Source: Candidatus Scatovivens sp.
GTDB taxonomy: Bacteria > Bacillota > Clostridia > TANB77 > CAG-508
DNA length: 64,000 nt
NCBI GenBank assembly: GCA_045646345.1
Contig: JAZRKN010000016.1
Coordinates: forward strand, 1,693-65,692
Direction of reading: 5' to 3'
Shown here in pieces: positions 41,210 through 51,512 of this stretch. Made by a program: the position numbers and the translations under genes. Under the pieces are notes generated by a model that was not told the DNA's origin, made no database searches, and saw nothing but the letters and a program-made list of their open reading frames with translations. Numbering within the stretch: position 1 is the first letter of the stretch; each line of letters opens with the position of its first letter.

Positions 41210-42004
41210 TTAAATTTTTTCGTATTCAACAATTTTCAGCCCTTGCTTTAAAGAACTAGCGTGTGAACAAAACAATCCAATTTCTTTACATTCATTACTA
41301 TAAACTTGAGAAGCTAGTGGAACAACTCCATCCCCTTTCAAATTCATTATTTTGTTTGCCATATACAATACTAAATCAGTTAAATTCTTGCAATCAAATA
41401 TTACTCTAAAACACGAAATTATATTAAGATGTTTTACACAAACCGGTTTGGTTAAATTCTCGATAAATTCCGAGTTAGTCGCGATATCTCTATCGACCTT
41501 ATGATCGCTAAATATCATATTATAAATTGCAATATAAAACTTGTTTTTTAATCTTGCTTCTACCATTTTCTTTTCTGCAATAACGGTACCATAAAAAGGT
41601 GTCGATATCGTCACAAGATATATTGGTTGTAAGCAAAAATAACTAGCATTTGTCAAACAAACTCCACATTTTGAATGTCCAACTAAAATGAGTTTTTCAT
41701 ACACCTCATATTGTTCATTTACAAACTCTGAAATTTCATAGCTCGATATTTCGAGCCCATCACATTCGAATGTGAAATAAAAAGCATATACAGTATGTTC
41801 CTTACTTATCTCAGGTTTAAACTCTTTCATAAGCGGATCATGCTTGATTACTCTATTTTCATCATCCAAACTCAGAGAATGTCCATTTCCAATTATATAG
41901 CACCTTTCATTTTTGGTGCCTTTTTGAATCTGTTGGACTATTATATTGTCTGTTTTATACACAACTCCAGCCAAATGCTGATTTTTTAAAATATACCGTT
42001 TCAT
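41210..42004 (-). CDS. alpha/beta-hydrolase, lipase/esterase-like (GHSxG)
   Basis: nucleophile elbow LVGHSKCGV; about 264 aa. Confidence 0.55.
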   Translation of the reverse strand: MKRYILKNQHLAGVVYKTDNIIVQQIQKGTKNERCYIIGNGHSLSLDDENRVIKHDPLMKEFKPEISKEHTVYAFYFTFECDGLEISSYEISEFVNEQYEVYEKLILVGHSKCGVCLTNASYFCLQPIYLVTISTPFYGTVIAEKKMVEARLKNKFYIAIYNMIFSDHKVDRDIATNSEFIENLTKPVCVKHLNIISCFRVIFDCKNLTDLVLYMANKIMNLKGDGVVPLASQVYSNECKEIGLFCSHASSLKQGLKIVEYEKI

Positions 42005-42052
42005 AAAAAGTCTCCTTAACATTTGACTACGGTTGTTTACGAGTTACCAGTT

Positions 42053-42078
42053 TTAGGAGGACTGAAAATCAGTCCTCC
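42053..42078. other. GC-rich hairpin aggaggactg-aaaa-cagtcctcc at a cassette boundary
   Basis: perfect 10-bp stem. T-run only on the plus side although both flanking genes are on the minus strand. Confidence 0.5.
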
Positions 42079-42113
42079 CTTTTCATACTAATATTCAGTT
42101 GTTTTTTTCCTTT

Positions 42114-43097
42114 TTACAGGCATTGTTCAAAAGAGAGATCGTCACAAAGTGCTTCTGCCAAATACATACAAGTATCAGACACTTCATCCAGAACATCTTT
42201 CGGAATTTCAGCATCCTCTCTGGCATTTTCAGCATGCTTAATGTACTCGATTACAGGAGCTTCCAGCATATCTACCATGCTTCTGTCTTTTTCGTACAGC
42301 ATCTTTGAAACGAGCAGGGATTCATCAGGAGTACCAACTTCACCATAAAGAACAGTCTGATCATCTTCATCCATTCCGAACAGGAATCTGGTTTTTACCA
42401 GTAAAACTCCAGCTTCTTCATATTTCTTTGCCAACTCAGTATAAATAAACTCACAAAGCATTCTGAGATGCTCAATGTAATGAGTAGCACTATTATGAAG
42501 TGATGCCCTTTCCAGCAGTTCGATTTCTTCTTCAGTGTCAAAATCTTCTGCATACTGTATATCTGCAAGAGAAATATCTACTAATTCGAATGCCTCATCC
42601 ACGGTTTCACACTCTATCATAGCTTCATAATTTTCGCTACAATAGTCGTTTTCGTAAAACCACTCTACCAAGAGTCTAATAGCTTCCTTTTTGCAAATTT
42701 CTTTGCCTTCTTCAGAATAGAAAATAACTTCAGGTACACAAAGCTTGTCTTTCTTTCCGGTCTCTTCGTAACCATTTACGATAAAATCCACAGGAAAAAC
42801 AGACAGAGGCTTAAGCAACATTACTGTTCCTCTCTTCTCTTCAGAGATACCATACTTCTTCCACAGTTCTGGAGTACTGACGATATGGTCTGTCAGTAAC
42901 TCAAACTCAGTCTCCAAAAACCTCTTATTACTCTCGGAAAGAGCAACCGTAAGGTTCGGCTTCATCAGGATTCCATCAACTACCGGTCTATCGGCAATCG
43001 ACAAAATACTGCTTGCCTCGTAGATGATGAGTTCAGGATTTTCCTCTTCAGAAATAACAACCTGATCATCAAAAGGGATCGTTGCATTCTCGCTCAT
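42114..43097 (-). CDS. hypothetical highly acidic cytoplasmic protein (about 327 aa) in a higher-GC cassette
   Basis: About 42% GC. Start MSENATIPF with RBS aaaggtgg. Upstream promoter TTGCAA-17-TATACT. Confidence 0.45.
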   Translation of the reverse strand: MSENATIPFDDQVVISEEENPELIIYEASSILSIADRPVVDGILMKPNLTVALSESNKRFLETEFELLTDHIVSTPELWKKYGISEEKRGTVMLLKPLSVFPVDFIVNGYEETGKKDKLCVPEVIFYSEEGKEICKKEAIRLLVEWFYENDYCSENYEAMIECETVDEAFELVDISLADIQYAEDFDTEEEIELLERASLHNSATHYIEHLRMLCEFIYTELAKKYEEAGVLLVKTRFLFGMDEDDQTVLYGEVGTPDESLLVSKMLYEKDRSMVDMLEAPVIEYIKHAENAREDAEIPKDVLDEVSDTCMYLAEALCDDLSFEQCL

Positions 43098-43221
43098 TGT
43101 GTTCTTACCACCTTTCAATTTTCTTAGTATTACTTTATTTCCACATTTAATTAGTCAATTTTTTGCAGGAAATAAGTGAATACAGGCTATAGTATACTAC
43201 ATTTCAAGCATAATTGCAACA

Positions 43222-43260
43222 CAAAAGAGCCGCACCACACTTGGTGCGACTCTTTTGCTT
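43222..43260. terminator. GC-rich intrinsic terminator
   Basis: stem gagccgcacc/ggtgcgactc followed by T-run. Confidence 0.7.
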
Positions 43261-43266
43261 GAAAAA

Positions 43267-43860
43267 TCACGAATTGTCGTACGCCTTGTCACTATAGTAC
43301 GAACAGAAAAGCATCAGTACAGTCGTATGATCGAGAGGACAATCTTCGCTAATTCTCACATCAAAATCCTTAAACAGCACAAACGAATTGTATTCTGCAA
43401 TAAGATTGTTTTCTGTATCAACTAGTTTTCCAGAAGTGTCAAAATAATTGAAGCTTGCCATGCCAATCTTTTGTCCAGCACCATCATAAATGTCATAAGT
43501 GTTGCCAAACAAATCAAATTTGCCTACCATTTCAGCCGTTACTACTCCATTTACAATAATTGCATGAGAGTCCTGAGAAATAAAATGGTAATCATCGCCC
43601 GCATACGCTTTCTTGTTACCTTCAAGGTCTTTCATTGTAAGCGGATCTTCTACAACCCTAAAAATGTTTCCGCTAACTTTGCAGATGTCTTCTCCTCCCG
43701 TGCTGATTTCGATATCAGTAGAAAGCCGAAAGTTCTTAACATCACAGTCATACTTGGTATGAGGACCGATTTTGGATCCAGAAAAAACAGTTCCCAAAAT
43801 CACGATTGCCACAAGAAAAATTATGAGTGCTTTTACTTTTGTCCGAGTAACATTTTTCAT
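43267..43860 (-). CDS. hypothetical membrane-anchored protein (197 aa), beta-rich extracytoplasmic domain
   Basis: N-terminal TM (ALIIFLVAIVILGTVF); about 45% GC. Confidence 0.45.
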   Translation of the reverse strand: MKNVTRTKVKALIIFLVAIVILGTVFSGSKIGPHTKYDCDVKNFRLSTDIEISTGGEDICKVSGNIFRVVEDPLTMKDLEGNKKAYAGDDYHFISQDSHAIIVNGVVTAEMVGKFDLFGNTYDIYDGAGQKIGMASFNYFDTSGKLVDTENNLIAEYNSFVLFKDFDVRISEDCPLDHTTVLMLFCSYYSDKAYDNS

Positions 43861-43985
43861 TCTTCTAAATACCTCCAGTTTTTAGTATTCTAAATAATTA
43901 CTCCCACTATTAATTATACCATAAAATTCACTGTTTTTAAAGACTTTAACATCATTTAAAAACAGTGAATTAATTTAATTTTGTA

Positions 43986-45008
43986 TTAATTTTTATCTGT
44001 TATTATTTTGTCCATTTTTATATCCGTTTCTACTACTGGTATTAAGGACTTTTGTAAAACTTGTTCATTAAAACCAACACCAACTTTATAAATATTTGTG
44101 TTTTCTAAATATTTATCATAATAGCCTCTACCAAAACCTAATCTATTGTTTTGAGTATCAAAACATAATCCTGGAATTATAGCAATGTCTATCATTTCTT
44201 TATCAATAAAATTCTCTTTATTTTCTATTGGTTCTTTTATTCCAAACTTATTTTTTATTAAATCAGTTTCTAATGAATTTATTTTATAAAATTTCATTTC
44301 ACCATTTTTTATTTTGGGTAGACAAACTATTTTTTGATTCTCTAAAGCTTCATTTATTATATCTTTAGTTGAAACTTCTGTAGAAAAATTATTATAAATA
44401 GCTACAACTTTAGCTTTTTTATATTCATCTAGAGCAATAATTTTATTTTTTATTTCAATTGATTTTAATTCTTTGTTTTCTATATTTTCTCTTATTTTTT
44501 TATAATTTAATCTTAATTCATATTTAGATACAGTAACTACTTTTTTATAATTAAGTACCATATATAAAAGAACAATTACAATGTATATGTAATTAAAATA
44601 ATTTATATAAGTATTTTGAGTATAATTATAAATAAAAACTATATATTTTAAGATCATTGCTAAACTTGAAGAATATACCAAATAAGAAAAAATTTTAGAA
44701 TATCTTTTCTTATCTTTTTTTATTATTTGAAACACATAAACTGCAATTGATAAAATCATAATCGTATCAAATGTTAACGAAATTGAATTATCAAAAAAAT
44801 CTATTAAAAAAGTATTAATATACTCATAAATATCAAAAAAAGATGCTGTAAAAAAACTTCTTGCAAACAATATTGCAATTATTAATGTAAACAAAAATTC
44901 TAAAATTGCCAAATAAAAAATTGCATACCAAGAAGTTTGACTTGTCATTTCATTATACTTTTTACAAAATATTGAATTATAAAATCTTTTAAAAAATTTA
45001 AATTTCAT
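43986..45008 (-). CDS. 5-formyltetrahydrofolate cyclo-ligase domain fused to an N-terminal polytopic membrane domain
   Basis: C-terminal roughly 190 aa carries 5-FCL motifs (KVVAIYNNFSTEVST...IAIIPGLCFDTQNNRLGFGRGYYDKYL). N-terminal roughly 150 aa has about 4 TM helices. An internal Met (MVLNYKK) could also give a standalone 5-FCL. Confidence 0.65.
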   Translation of the reverse strand: MKFKFFKRFYNSIFCKKYNEMTSQTSWYAIFYLAILEFLFTLIIAILFARSFFTASFFDIYEYINTFLIDFFDNSISLTFDTIMILSIAVYVFQIIKKDKKRYSKIFSYLVYSSSLAMILKYIVFIYNYTQNTYINYFNYIYIVIVLLYMVLNYKKVVTVSKYELRLNYKKIRENIENKELKSIEIKNKIIALDEYKKAKVVAIYNNFSTEVSTKDIINEALENQKIVCLPKIKNGEMKFYKINSLETDLIKNKFGIKEPIENKENFIDKEMIDIAIIPGLCFDTQNNRLGFGRGYYDKYLENTNIYKVGVGFNEQVLQKSLIPVVETDIKMDKIITDKN

Positions 45009-45099
45009 AAAACTCTCTTTTCATTTTTTTATTTTATTATATCATAAATTATTTTTAATTAAAAAAGTATTACTATATATTCTAGTAATACTTTCATTT

Positions 45100-46410
45100 T
45101 TAAAATTCTTTTATTTTTTCTTTAAATAATTCAAAATCTGTTAGTTTCCAAGACCAATTATCTTGACTAATTGTACCTGGAAAATTCATCCTTGCACTAT
45201 TATCTAATCCTAATATATCTTGAACCGCCAATATTACAATGTCAGCTCTGCATTTTTTAGAATATTGTATAATGCCCAAATTTATATCTTCTGAACACCC
45301 CTTGTTTTTTAAGAAATTTGTAATTTTTTCTTTATCCTCTGGTTTTAACTCGTTATACCATCCGCGCATTGTTGGACAATCATGATTAGCAGGAAACATT
45401 ACTACATTTTCCGTATCATTATCTCTATCTTCACATCTTTCGAAATCAAATGTAAATTGAAATAATTTTTGTCTTGTAAATCCATAATGTTCTCTTAAAT
45501 TAATTGTTTCTTGTCTAATATCTCCTAAATCTTCAACAATTAATCCATCTTTGTTTACTACTTTTAAAAGTTCATCAAAGAAAGGATAACTTACTCCATC
45601 ACAATATATTCCTTCTTTAGCAGATTTTCCAAGTGGAACTTTAAAGAAAGAATCATATCCTCTAAAATAATCAACTCTTATTTTATCAAACAAATTCAAA
45701 TAATATTTATATCTATTTACTAAATATTTAAAATTATCTTTTCTTAAATTTTCAACATTGTATACTGGATTTCCCCATGTTTGACCATCTTCATTAAATG
45801 CATCTGGTGGTGCTCCAGCTTCATATTTAAATACTCCATCTTCCATATCAAAACATTCTGAATGGTAATTTGTTTCTGCAGAATTAAATACTGGATATGC
45901 TGGCATATCTCCAATTATTTTCACACCTTTAGAATTTGCATATTGTTTTAACTCCATCCATTGTCTATATAAAATATATTGTAAAAATAAACAATATTCT
46001 TTGCTTACATCTTTAGAATCGCACACATATTCCACATATTCATTTATTTCCGGACATTTTATAAATTCTTCATATTCTTCATTTTTTCTAAATCTTGAAA
46101 ATGCTTCTCTATAATATTTTTCTTTATAATCATCATATTCTACTCTGTCTTTTATTTCTCTTGTTTCAGCACTTTTTATTAACTTATGTTCAATTAATTT
46201 ATCAATTGAAATATAATCTTCTTCTAGTGCATAATAACTTAAAGGTGAATATGGTGCTCTGTTACATGCATTTATTGGAAGAATATTCCAATATTTAATA
46301 TTATTTTCACTTAAAATATCAATAAATTCATAAGCTTCATTTCCAAAATCACCAATTCCATATTTACTTGGTAATGAATATATAGGTAAAAGAATTCCTT
46401 TTTCTTTCAT
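45100..46410 (-). CDS. malQ: 4-alpha-glucanotransferase (amylomaltase, GH77)
   Basis: N-terminus GILLPIYSLPSKYGIGDFG is the GH77 signature; 436 aa (short form). Confidence 0.75.
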   Translation of the reverse strand: MKEKGILLPIYSLPSKYGIGDFGNEAYEFIDILSENNIKYWNILPINACNRAPYSPLSYYALEEDYISIDKLIEHKLIKSAETREIKDRVEYDDYKEKYYREAFSRFRKNEEYEEFIKCPEINEYVEYVCDSKDVSKEYCLFLQYILYRQWMELKQYANSKGVKIIGDMPAYPVFNSAETNYHSECFDMEDGVFKYEAGAPPDAFNEDGQTWGNPVYNVENLRKDNFKYLVNRYKYYLNLFDKIRVDYFRGYDSFFKVPLGKSAKEGIYCDGVSYPFFDELLKVVNKDGLIVEDLGDIRQETINLREHYGFTRQKLFQFTFDFERCEDRDNDTENVVMFPANHDCPTMRGWYNELKPEDKEKITNFLKNKGCSEDINLGIIQYSKKCRADIVILAVQDILGLDNSARMNFPGTISQDNWSWKLTDFELFKEKIKEF

Positions 46411-46616
46411 ATTTATTTTCCTCTTTCGTAAAATATAATTCTATTAATATTATAAATATAATATTAATTATTATCAATATAAAATTCATAAACAAAATTA
46501 TATTTTATTGTTTTTTATAATACAAGAATTTTGACTTATATAAAAATTCATTGTATAATCTTATCGAAAAAAATCAGTTACCTTTATACTGAATAATTTT
46601 AGAAAGGATTGATAAA

Positions 46617-47246
46617 ATGAACATACGGCTTTTAGACAGTATCCCACTGATTTCAAACAAGACAAAAATCAAAATTAGCATTTCACTTCTTATCTTCGCA
46701 TTTTTCGTTTGCATTTTTCGTTCTGGCAGCATTGATAGTAAGATTTGTCTCGTCGCCATGTTTTTTTCAAGCCTAGGTGATATCGCACTTAACTGTAAAC
46801 CAATCGAAAAACGTTCTCATACCCTTTTATATATTGGGGCGTTTTTCTTCATGATAGCACATCTCATTTACGCATCTGCATATTATTTACTTATCCAAGG
46901 AGCATCTCTTTCTTTTGCAAATCCTGGTATGTATATAGCAATGAGTATTATGATTTTGATTTTTATAGTTTCTGTAATCAGTATTCGTAAAGGAAAAAAA
47001 TCAATGAAACTTTCTATGATTTTTGTCTTTATGATGTATATGATAATGATTTCTATAAATTTTATAACTATCTATTCTTACAGTTGGAATTTTAAAGCAA
47101 TCTCATTTATAGGCGCAACTTCATTCTTGATTTCAGATTATATCATTGGAATTGAAACTGTCTTCAAGATTAAAAGTAACTTGTTAAGAAAACTGGTTTG
47201 GATTTTTTATCCTATTGGGCAAATTCTAATAATCTTTTGTCGATAA
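46617..47246 (+). CDS. YhhN-family (lysoplasmalogenase-like) membrane protein
   Basis: multi-TM; FFSSLGDIAL motif characteristic of YhhN. Confidence 0.6.
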   Translation: MNIRLLDSIPLISNKTKIKISISLLIFAFFVCIFRSGSIDSKICLVAMFFSSLGDIALNCKPIEKRSHTLLYIGAFFFMIAHLIYASAYYLLIQGASLSFANPGMYIAMSIMILIFIVSVISIRKGKKSMKLSMIFVFMMYMIMISINFITIYSYSWNFKAISFIGATSFLISDYIIGIETVFKIKSNLLRKLVWIFYPIGQILIIFCR

Positions 47247-47257
47247 TGTCCGTAAAA

Positions 47258-47290
47258 AAACAGAGAGCTTTTTTTGCCCTCTGTTTTTTT
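47258..47290. terminator. bidirectional intrinsic terminator
   Basis: imperfect stem acagagagc/gccctctgt flanked by A/T runs. Confidence 0.55.
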
Positions 47291-47292
47291 TA

Positions 47293-48417
47293 TTATTCTG
47301 CTTCTGTACTTCCCCAGTGAATATTTACTTGTGTATTTCTTTCGTTATACCAATCATCTACCCATTCTTCTGGTTTTTCAGCATCTTCACAATATATATC
47401 TGTTAAATTATCACATTTTATAAAATTATCATAATCTATAACTTTTACTCCTGATTTTATAATTACAGTTGTTAAGCTTGGACAATCATAAATCGCAAAT
47501 TTGTCTATTCTTTCAACATCCCCTAAAAATGTTATTTTTTGTAAAGATGGACATTCTCTAATTGCAAATTCATTAATATATTGTGTATTCTTTGGAATTA
47601 CAAGTTCTTCTATTCCTGTCTTTTCAAATGCATATCCGCTTATATATTCTAGTCCTTCTGGTAATTCTATATTTTTTAAAGCATCACAACTATAGAAAAG
47701 TGATGATGAAATTCCTTTTACTCCAGATGGAATTTTAATACTTTCTAATGATTCGCAATCATCAAATGCATGCATTTTCATTGTTGTTACACTTTCAGGT
47801 AATTTCACTTCTACTAAATGACCACATTCTGCAAATGCATATTCACCAATTGTTGTTAATGATTCTGGTAATGATAAATCCATTAAGCTATTGCAATTAT
47901 AAAATGCGTAATCTCCTATTTCCTCAACACCTTCTGGAATGACTATTTTAGTAAAACGACTTTGAGATCCCCAAGCTGAATTATCTTTAAATGCATCATT
48001 TCCTATTTTTGTTACTTTATATTTTTTACCATTTTTTTCAACAACACTTGGTAAATCTAATTCATTATGAACATAAGTTCCAACTTTTATATATGCTGGA
48101 ATTATTTCTCCATCAGAATCTTCAAAAGCATATTCATCTTTTATCCCTGTAATTGTTGCTGTTTTTTCACTATCATTAAATTCAAATTTTAAGTATTCTG
48201 CAATGTGTTCTGCATCAAATTTTAGTTCTTCTTCCTCATCTTCGTCTTCTTCCACATAATCTTCTGTTACTTCATAATTTAAAGTTTCTTTTCCAGCAAC
48301 TAAATCTTCTTCTCCATTATTGCTTGATGTTATTACCACTACAGCTCCAACAGCAATAAATATCAATAATACTATTAAAATTAAAGCTATTAAAGTTATT
48401 CCATTTTCTTTTCTCAT
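47293..48417 (-). CDS. leucine-rich repeat (BspA-type) surface protein with N-terminal membrane anchor
   Basis: repeated LxxLxLPxxLxxIGxxAFxxC units; N-terminal TM; acidic spacer. Confidence 0.75.
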   Translation of the reverse strand: MRKENGITLIALILIVLLIFIAVGAVVVITSSNNGEEDLVAGKETLNYEVTEDYVEEDEDEEEELKFDAEHIAEYLKFEFNDSEKTATITGIKDEYAFEDSDGEIIPAYIKVGTYVHNELDLPSVVEKNGKKYKVTKIGNDAFKDNSAWGSQSRFTKIVIPEGVEEIGDYAFYNCNSLMDLSLPESLTTIGEYAFAECGHLVEVKLPESVTTMKMHAFDDCESLESIKIPSGVKGISSSLFYSCDALKNIELPEGLEYISGYAFEKTGIEELVIPKNTQYINEFAIRECPSLQKITFLGDVERIDKFAIYDCPSLTTVIIKSGVKVIDYDNFIKCDNLTDIYCEDAEKPEEWVDDWYNERNTQVNIHWGSTEAE

Positions 48418-48530
48418 TTGTTCCTCCTTATTTCTTTTGTAAAAAAATATCTACTAATACTATATATTAAAAAAAGATTTATTTCAACAAAGATTTTTAA
48501 AATTTTATAAATTAGATTTTAGTAAGCATA

Positions 48531-48565
48531 AAAAGCGTTCCATCTATTAGGAACGCTTTTCTTTT
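48531..48565 (-). terminator. intrinsic terminator after the amino-acid ABC transporter operon
   Basis: stem aaagcgttcc/ggaacgcttt followed by U-run on the minus strand. Confidence 0.7.
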
Positions 48566-48591
48566 ATTAATAAAATATCAATTATAAAAAA

Positions 48592-49335
48592 TTATTTTTC
48601 TACATTTCTAAATCTTTGAAGGAAATCCTTAGTTTCTTCTTTTTGTGGATTTACAAAAATATCTTCTGAAGTTCCTTCTTCAAGTATTATACCATTATGC
48701 ATAAACACAACATGATTTGATATCTCTTTTGCAAAAGCCATTTCATGAGTAACTATAATCATTGTAAACCCTTCTTTTGCTAAAGTTTTTATAACTGATA
48801 GTACTTCTCCAACCATTTGTGGATCTAATGCCGATGTTGGTTCATCAAATAGTAGCACTTCTGGCTGCATTGCTAATGCTCTTGCTATTGCAACTCTTTG
48901 TTTTTGACCTCCGGATAATTGTTTTGGCTTAGCATTTATAAAAGGTGTCATTCCTACTTTTTCTAAGAAAAATAAAGCTTTTTCTTTTGCTTCATTTTTA
49001 CTTATTTTTAACACTTTTTCTAACCCAATCATACAATTTTGAAGAACATTCATATTCTCAAAAAGATTAAAATTTTGAAATACCATACCTACTTTTGTTC
49101 TGTAATTTGGAATATCTTTTGAGTCTAAAATATTTTCTCCATTAAAAAGAATCTCTCCTCCACTTGGAGTTTCCAATAAATTAATACATCTTAAAAGAGT
49201 AGATTTACCTGATCCTGATGCTCCAATTATTGAAGTTATATCACCTTTTTTTACTGAAAAATCTATATCTTTTAAAACTTCGTGGCTGCCAAAATTTTTA
49301 ATTAAATGTTTAATTTCAATAATTTTCTCACTCAT
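48592..49335 (-). CDS. polar amino acid ABC transporter ATP-binding protein (GlnQ/TcyC-like)
   Basis: Walker [10 protein letters not shown], signature [14 protein letters not shown], Walker [12 protein letters not shown]. Confidence 0.95.
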   Translation of the reverse strand: MSEKIIEIKHLIKNFGSHEVLKDIDFSVKKGDITSIIGASGSGKSTLLRCINLLETPSGGEILFNGENILDSKDIPNYRTKVGMVFQNFNLFENMNVLQNCMIGLEKVLKISKNEAKEKALFFLEKVGMTPFINAKPKQLSGGQKQRVAIARALAMQPEVLLFDEPTSALDPQMVGEVLSVIKTLAKEGFTMIIVTHEMAFAKEISNHVVFMHNGIILEEGTSEDIFVNPQKEETKDFLQRFRNVEK

Positions 49336-49336
49336 T

Positions 49337-50131
49337 TTATTCTACCTCCTTTTTTGAAGGATATTTTAAAAGTCCACTAGTATAAGCTAATGTATCAGTT
49401 GTTGAAAGAGAATAATCTTCTGGACCATTTAATTTATTTTCAACTATTCTTAATAATTTTGAACAAGTTACGGTCATAAATAAATACATTATCATTGTAA
49501 CTGTATATGCTTCAAAATATGTATAATAAGTTCCTGCTACAGACTTTGTAGCAAAAAATAATTCTACTGTTCCAATTACAGAAAGTACACAAGTATCTTT
49601 TATATTAATTATTAAGTTATTTCCTATTTGAGGCATTATATTTCTTGTTGCTTGAGGAAGTATTATATAAAGCATTGTTTGGAAATGATTCATACCAATT
49701 GCTTTTGCACCTTCTGTTTGTCCATCAGATATTGATAGTATTCCTCCCCTTACAGTTTCAGCCATATATGCTCCTGTATTTATTGAAACTATAAAAAATG
49801 CAGCAAACCACATACTCATATTAATTTCAAAAACAACAGCAGAACCATAATATATAAACATTGCTTGAACCATCATTGGAGTTCCTCTAAAAACCTCCAC
49901 ATAAATATCCATTATTGCTTTTAATGTTTTTAAAAATATTTTCTTAAATAAATTATCTCTTTTGGAAACCGGTATTGTTTGTATAATTCCAACAACAAAT
50001 CCAATTAAACAACCTATAATTGTACCAACTAATGCAATTAATAATGTTGTCCCAGCACCTTTTAAAAGAGAAGTTCCATATTTTTGAATAATAAATATAA
50101 TTCTTCCTAAAAAGTCTTGTGGTAAACTCAT
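49337..50131 (-). CDS. polar amino acid ABC transporter permease
   Basis: HisM/GlnP-type permease with EAA-like loop. Confidence 0.9.
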   Translation of the reverse strand: MSLPQDFLGRIIFIIQKYGTSLLKGAGTTLLIALVGTIIGCLIGFVVGIIQTIPVSKRDNLFKKIFLKTLKAIMDIYVEVFRGTPMMVQAMFIYYGSAVVFEINMSMWFAAFFIVSINTGAYMAETVRGGILSISDGQTEGAKAIGMNHFQTMLYIILPQATRNIMPQIGNNLIINIKDTCVLSVIGTVELFFATKSVAGTYYTYFEAYTVTMIMYLFMTVTCSKLLRIVENKLNGPEDYSLSTTDTLAYTSGLLKYPSKKEVE

Positions 50132-50150
50132 TTTTTATTCTTCCTTTCTT

Positions 50151-51014
50151 TTATTCAGATAATGGTTGAACACTAATTGCAGTATTCATCATTTCTTCAA
50201 AATCTGTTGTATCAAGTTCAGCTAATGCTGTATTTAATTCGTTTAATAATTCTGTATTTCCTTTTTTCACTGAAATACCAATATTTATTTCTTCTTCTGA
50301 AACATTAAAATTATCATTTTCAGAATTTGTAAAATCTAATAATTTAAAATCTGGATAAACTTTTGTTGCAGCCATTGCTGTTGGCATATCTGTTACAACT
50401 AAATCTGTTTTTCCTGAATCTAATGCTACTAACATTTGTGACGCAACTTCCATTGCTGGTAAAATATTTGCATTTTTAATTTGAGGTAAGCACACATCAT
50501 ACCAAACTGTATTTATTTGTGAAGTACATGTAGCACCTTCTAAATCACTAACTCCAGTTGCATCTGCATATTCACTATCATTTTTTGTTAATCCTACGAT
50601 TGAAGCATAATAATATGGTGTAGTAAAATCAACTGTTTGTAATCTTTCTGAAGTAATTGATTGACCAGCTATAACACAATCAATTTTGTTTGATTGAAGC
50701 GCTACTGGTAAACTATCCCAATCAATTTGATAAATTTCTAATTCATATCCTAATTTTTCTGCTAAAAATTTTGCTACCATTACATCATATCCATAAGCAT
50801 ATTCTGAACTTCCTGCTATTGGAACAGCTCCGTTTGATGTATCTGATTGTGCCCAGTTATATGGTGCATATGCACACTCCATACCAACTCTTAATACTTT
50901 TGTTTCTTCACCTTCATTTGTGTCTACTGTTTGGTTTTGGCATCCTGTAAGAGTTACTAATCCAATAACCAATAAAATTAAAGTAATACTTAAGTTTCTT
51001 AAAATGTTTCTCAT
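50151..51014 (-). CDS. amino acid ABC transporter substrate-binding lipoprotein
   Basis: lipobox LTGCQ; SBP_bac_3-like. Probable start MRNILRNLS at 51014 with RBS GGAGGG. Confidence 0.85.
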   Translation of the reverse strand: MRNILRNLSITLILLVIGLVTLTGCQNQTVDTNEGEETKVLRVGMECAYAPYNWAQSDTSNGAVPIAGSSEYAYGYDVMVAKFLAEKLGYELEIYQIDWDSLPVALQSNKIDCVIAGQSITSERLQTVDFTTPYYYASIVGLTKNDSEYADATGVSDLEGATCTSQINTVWYDVCLPQIKNANILPAMEVASQMLVALDSGKTDLVVTDMPTAMAATKVYPDFKLLDFTNSENDNFNVSEEEINIGISVKKGNTELLNELNTALAELDTTDFEEMMNTAISVQPLSE

Positions 51015-51400
51015 AATAAAACCCTCCACTAAATTTATTTTTAAATATCTGTTAATGATTAGTGGAATTTTATGTTTGTAAAACAAAAAATTCGTGAATG
51101 ACTACTTACATAGAACATTCACGAACACAATAATTTACATATCAAAATAAAGATATATTAAATATATCATTCGATTCTAGATAGCGCTCCACATAAGTGA
51201 CAGTTCGTTACATATTTTGCAACGTCCCAGCAATATTTATTTAGACGATAAATATAACTTCGGCAACATTTCCTTTCAAGCAAATATAGGAGTCTATTCC
51301 ACTTAATTTACTTTACTCTTAAACATCGCGACCTCTACCAATAGTCATTGGGGTTACCAATAACAGATTATTTAATTGTTTTTAAGTTTAGCATAGATTT
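51015..51400 (-). ncRNA. candidate structured cis-regulatory leader (riboswitch or attenuator) of the amino-acid ABC operon
   Basis: Roughly 330-nt 5' UTR, noticeably GC-enriched for this genome. Promoter TTGACA-17-TAAACT near 51380-51410. Terminates in a hairpin ttcgtgaatg-N15-cattcacgaa (51091-51125) followed by a U-run just before the RBS. Confidence 0.45.
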
Positions 51401-51512
51401 TTTTCTTTGTCAACATAATTTTAATTTTTTATTTTAAAATCCTTCGCTTTACTTTTAGATAAAATCGTGCTATCATATATTCTTGTGTGAATAATCAAAT
51501 TTTGAATAAAGA

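Noticed and set aside
42114-43097. Weak resemblance of the acidic protein's C-terminal segment (LLVKTRFLFGMDEDDQTVLYGEVGTPDESL) to the SAICAR synthetase PurC motif
   Set aside because: Key PurC residues (K/E in DFKxEFG, SPDxxR) are not conserved and the N-terminal ATP-grasp-like region does not match; likely coincidental
46574-46759. 61-aa minus-strand ORF
   Set aside because: Overlaps the start of the better-supported plus-strand YhhN-family gene; no RBS
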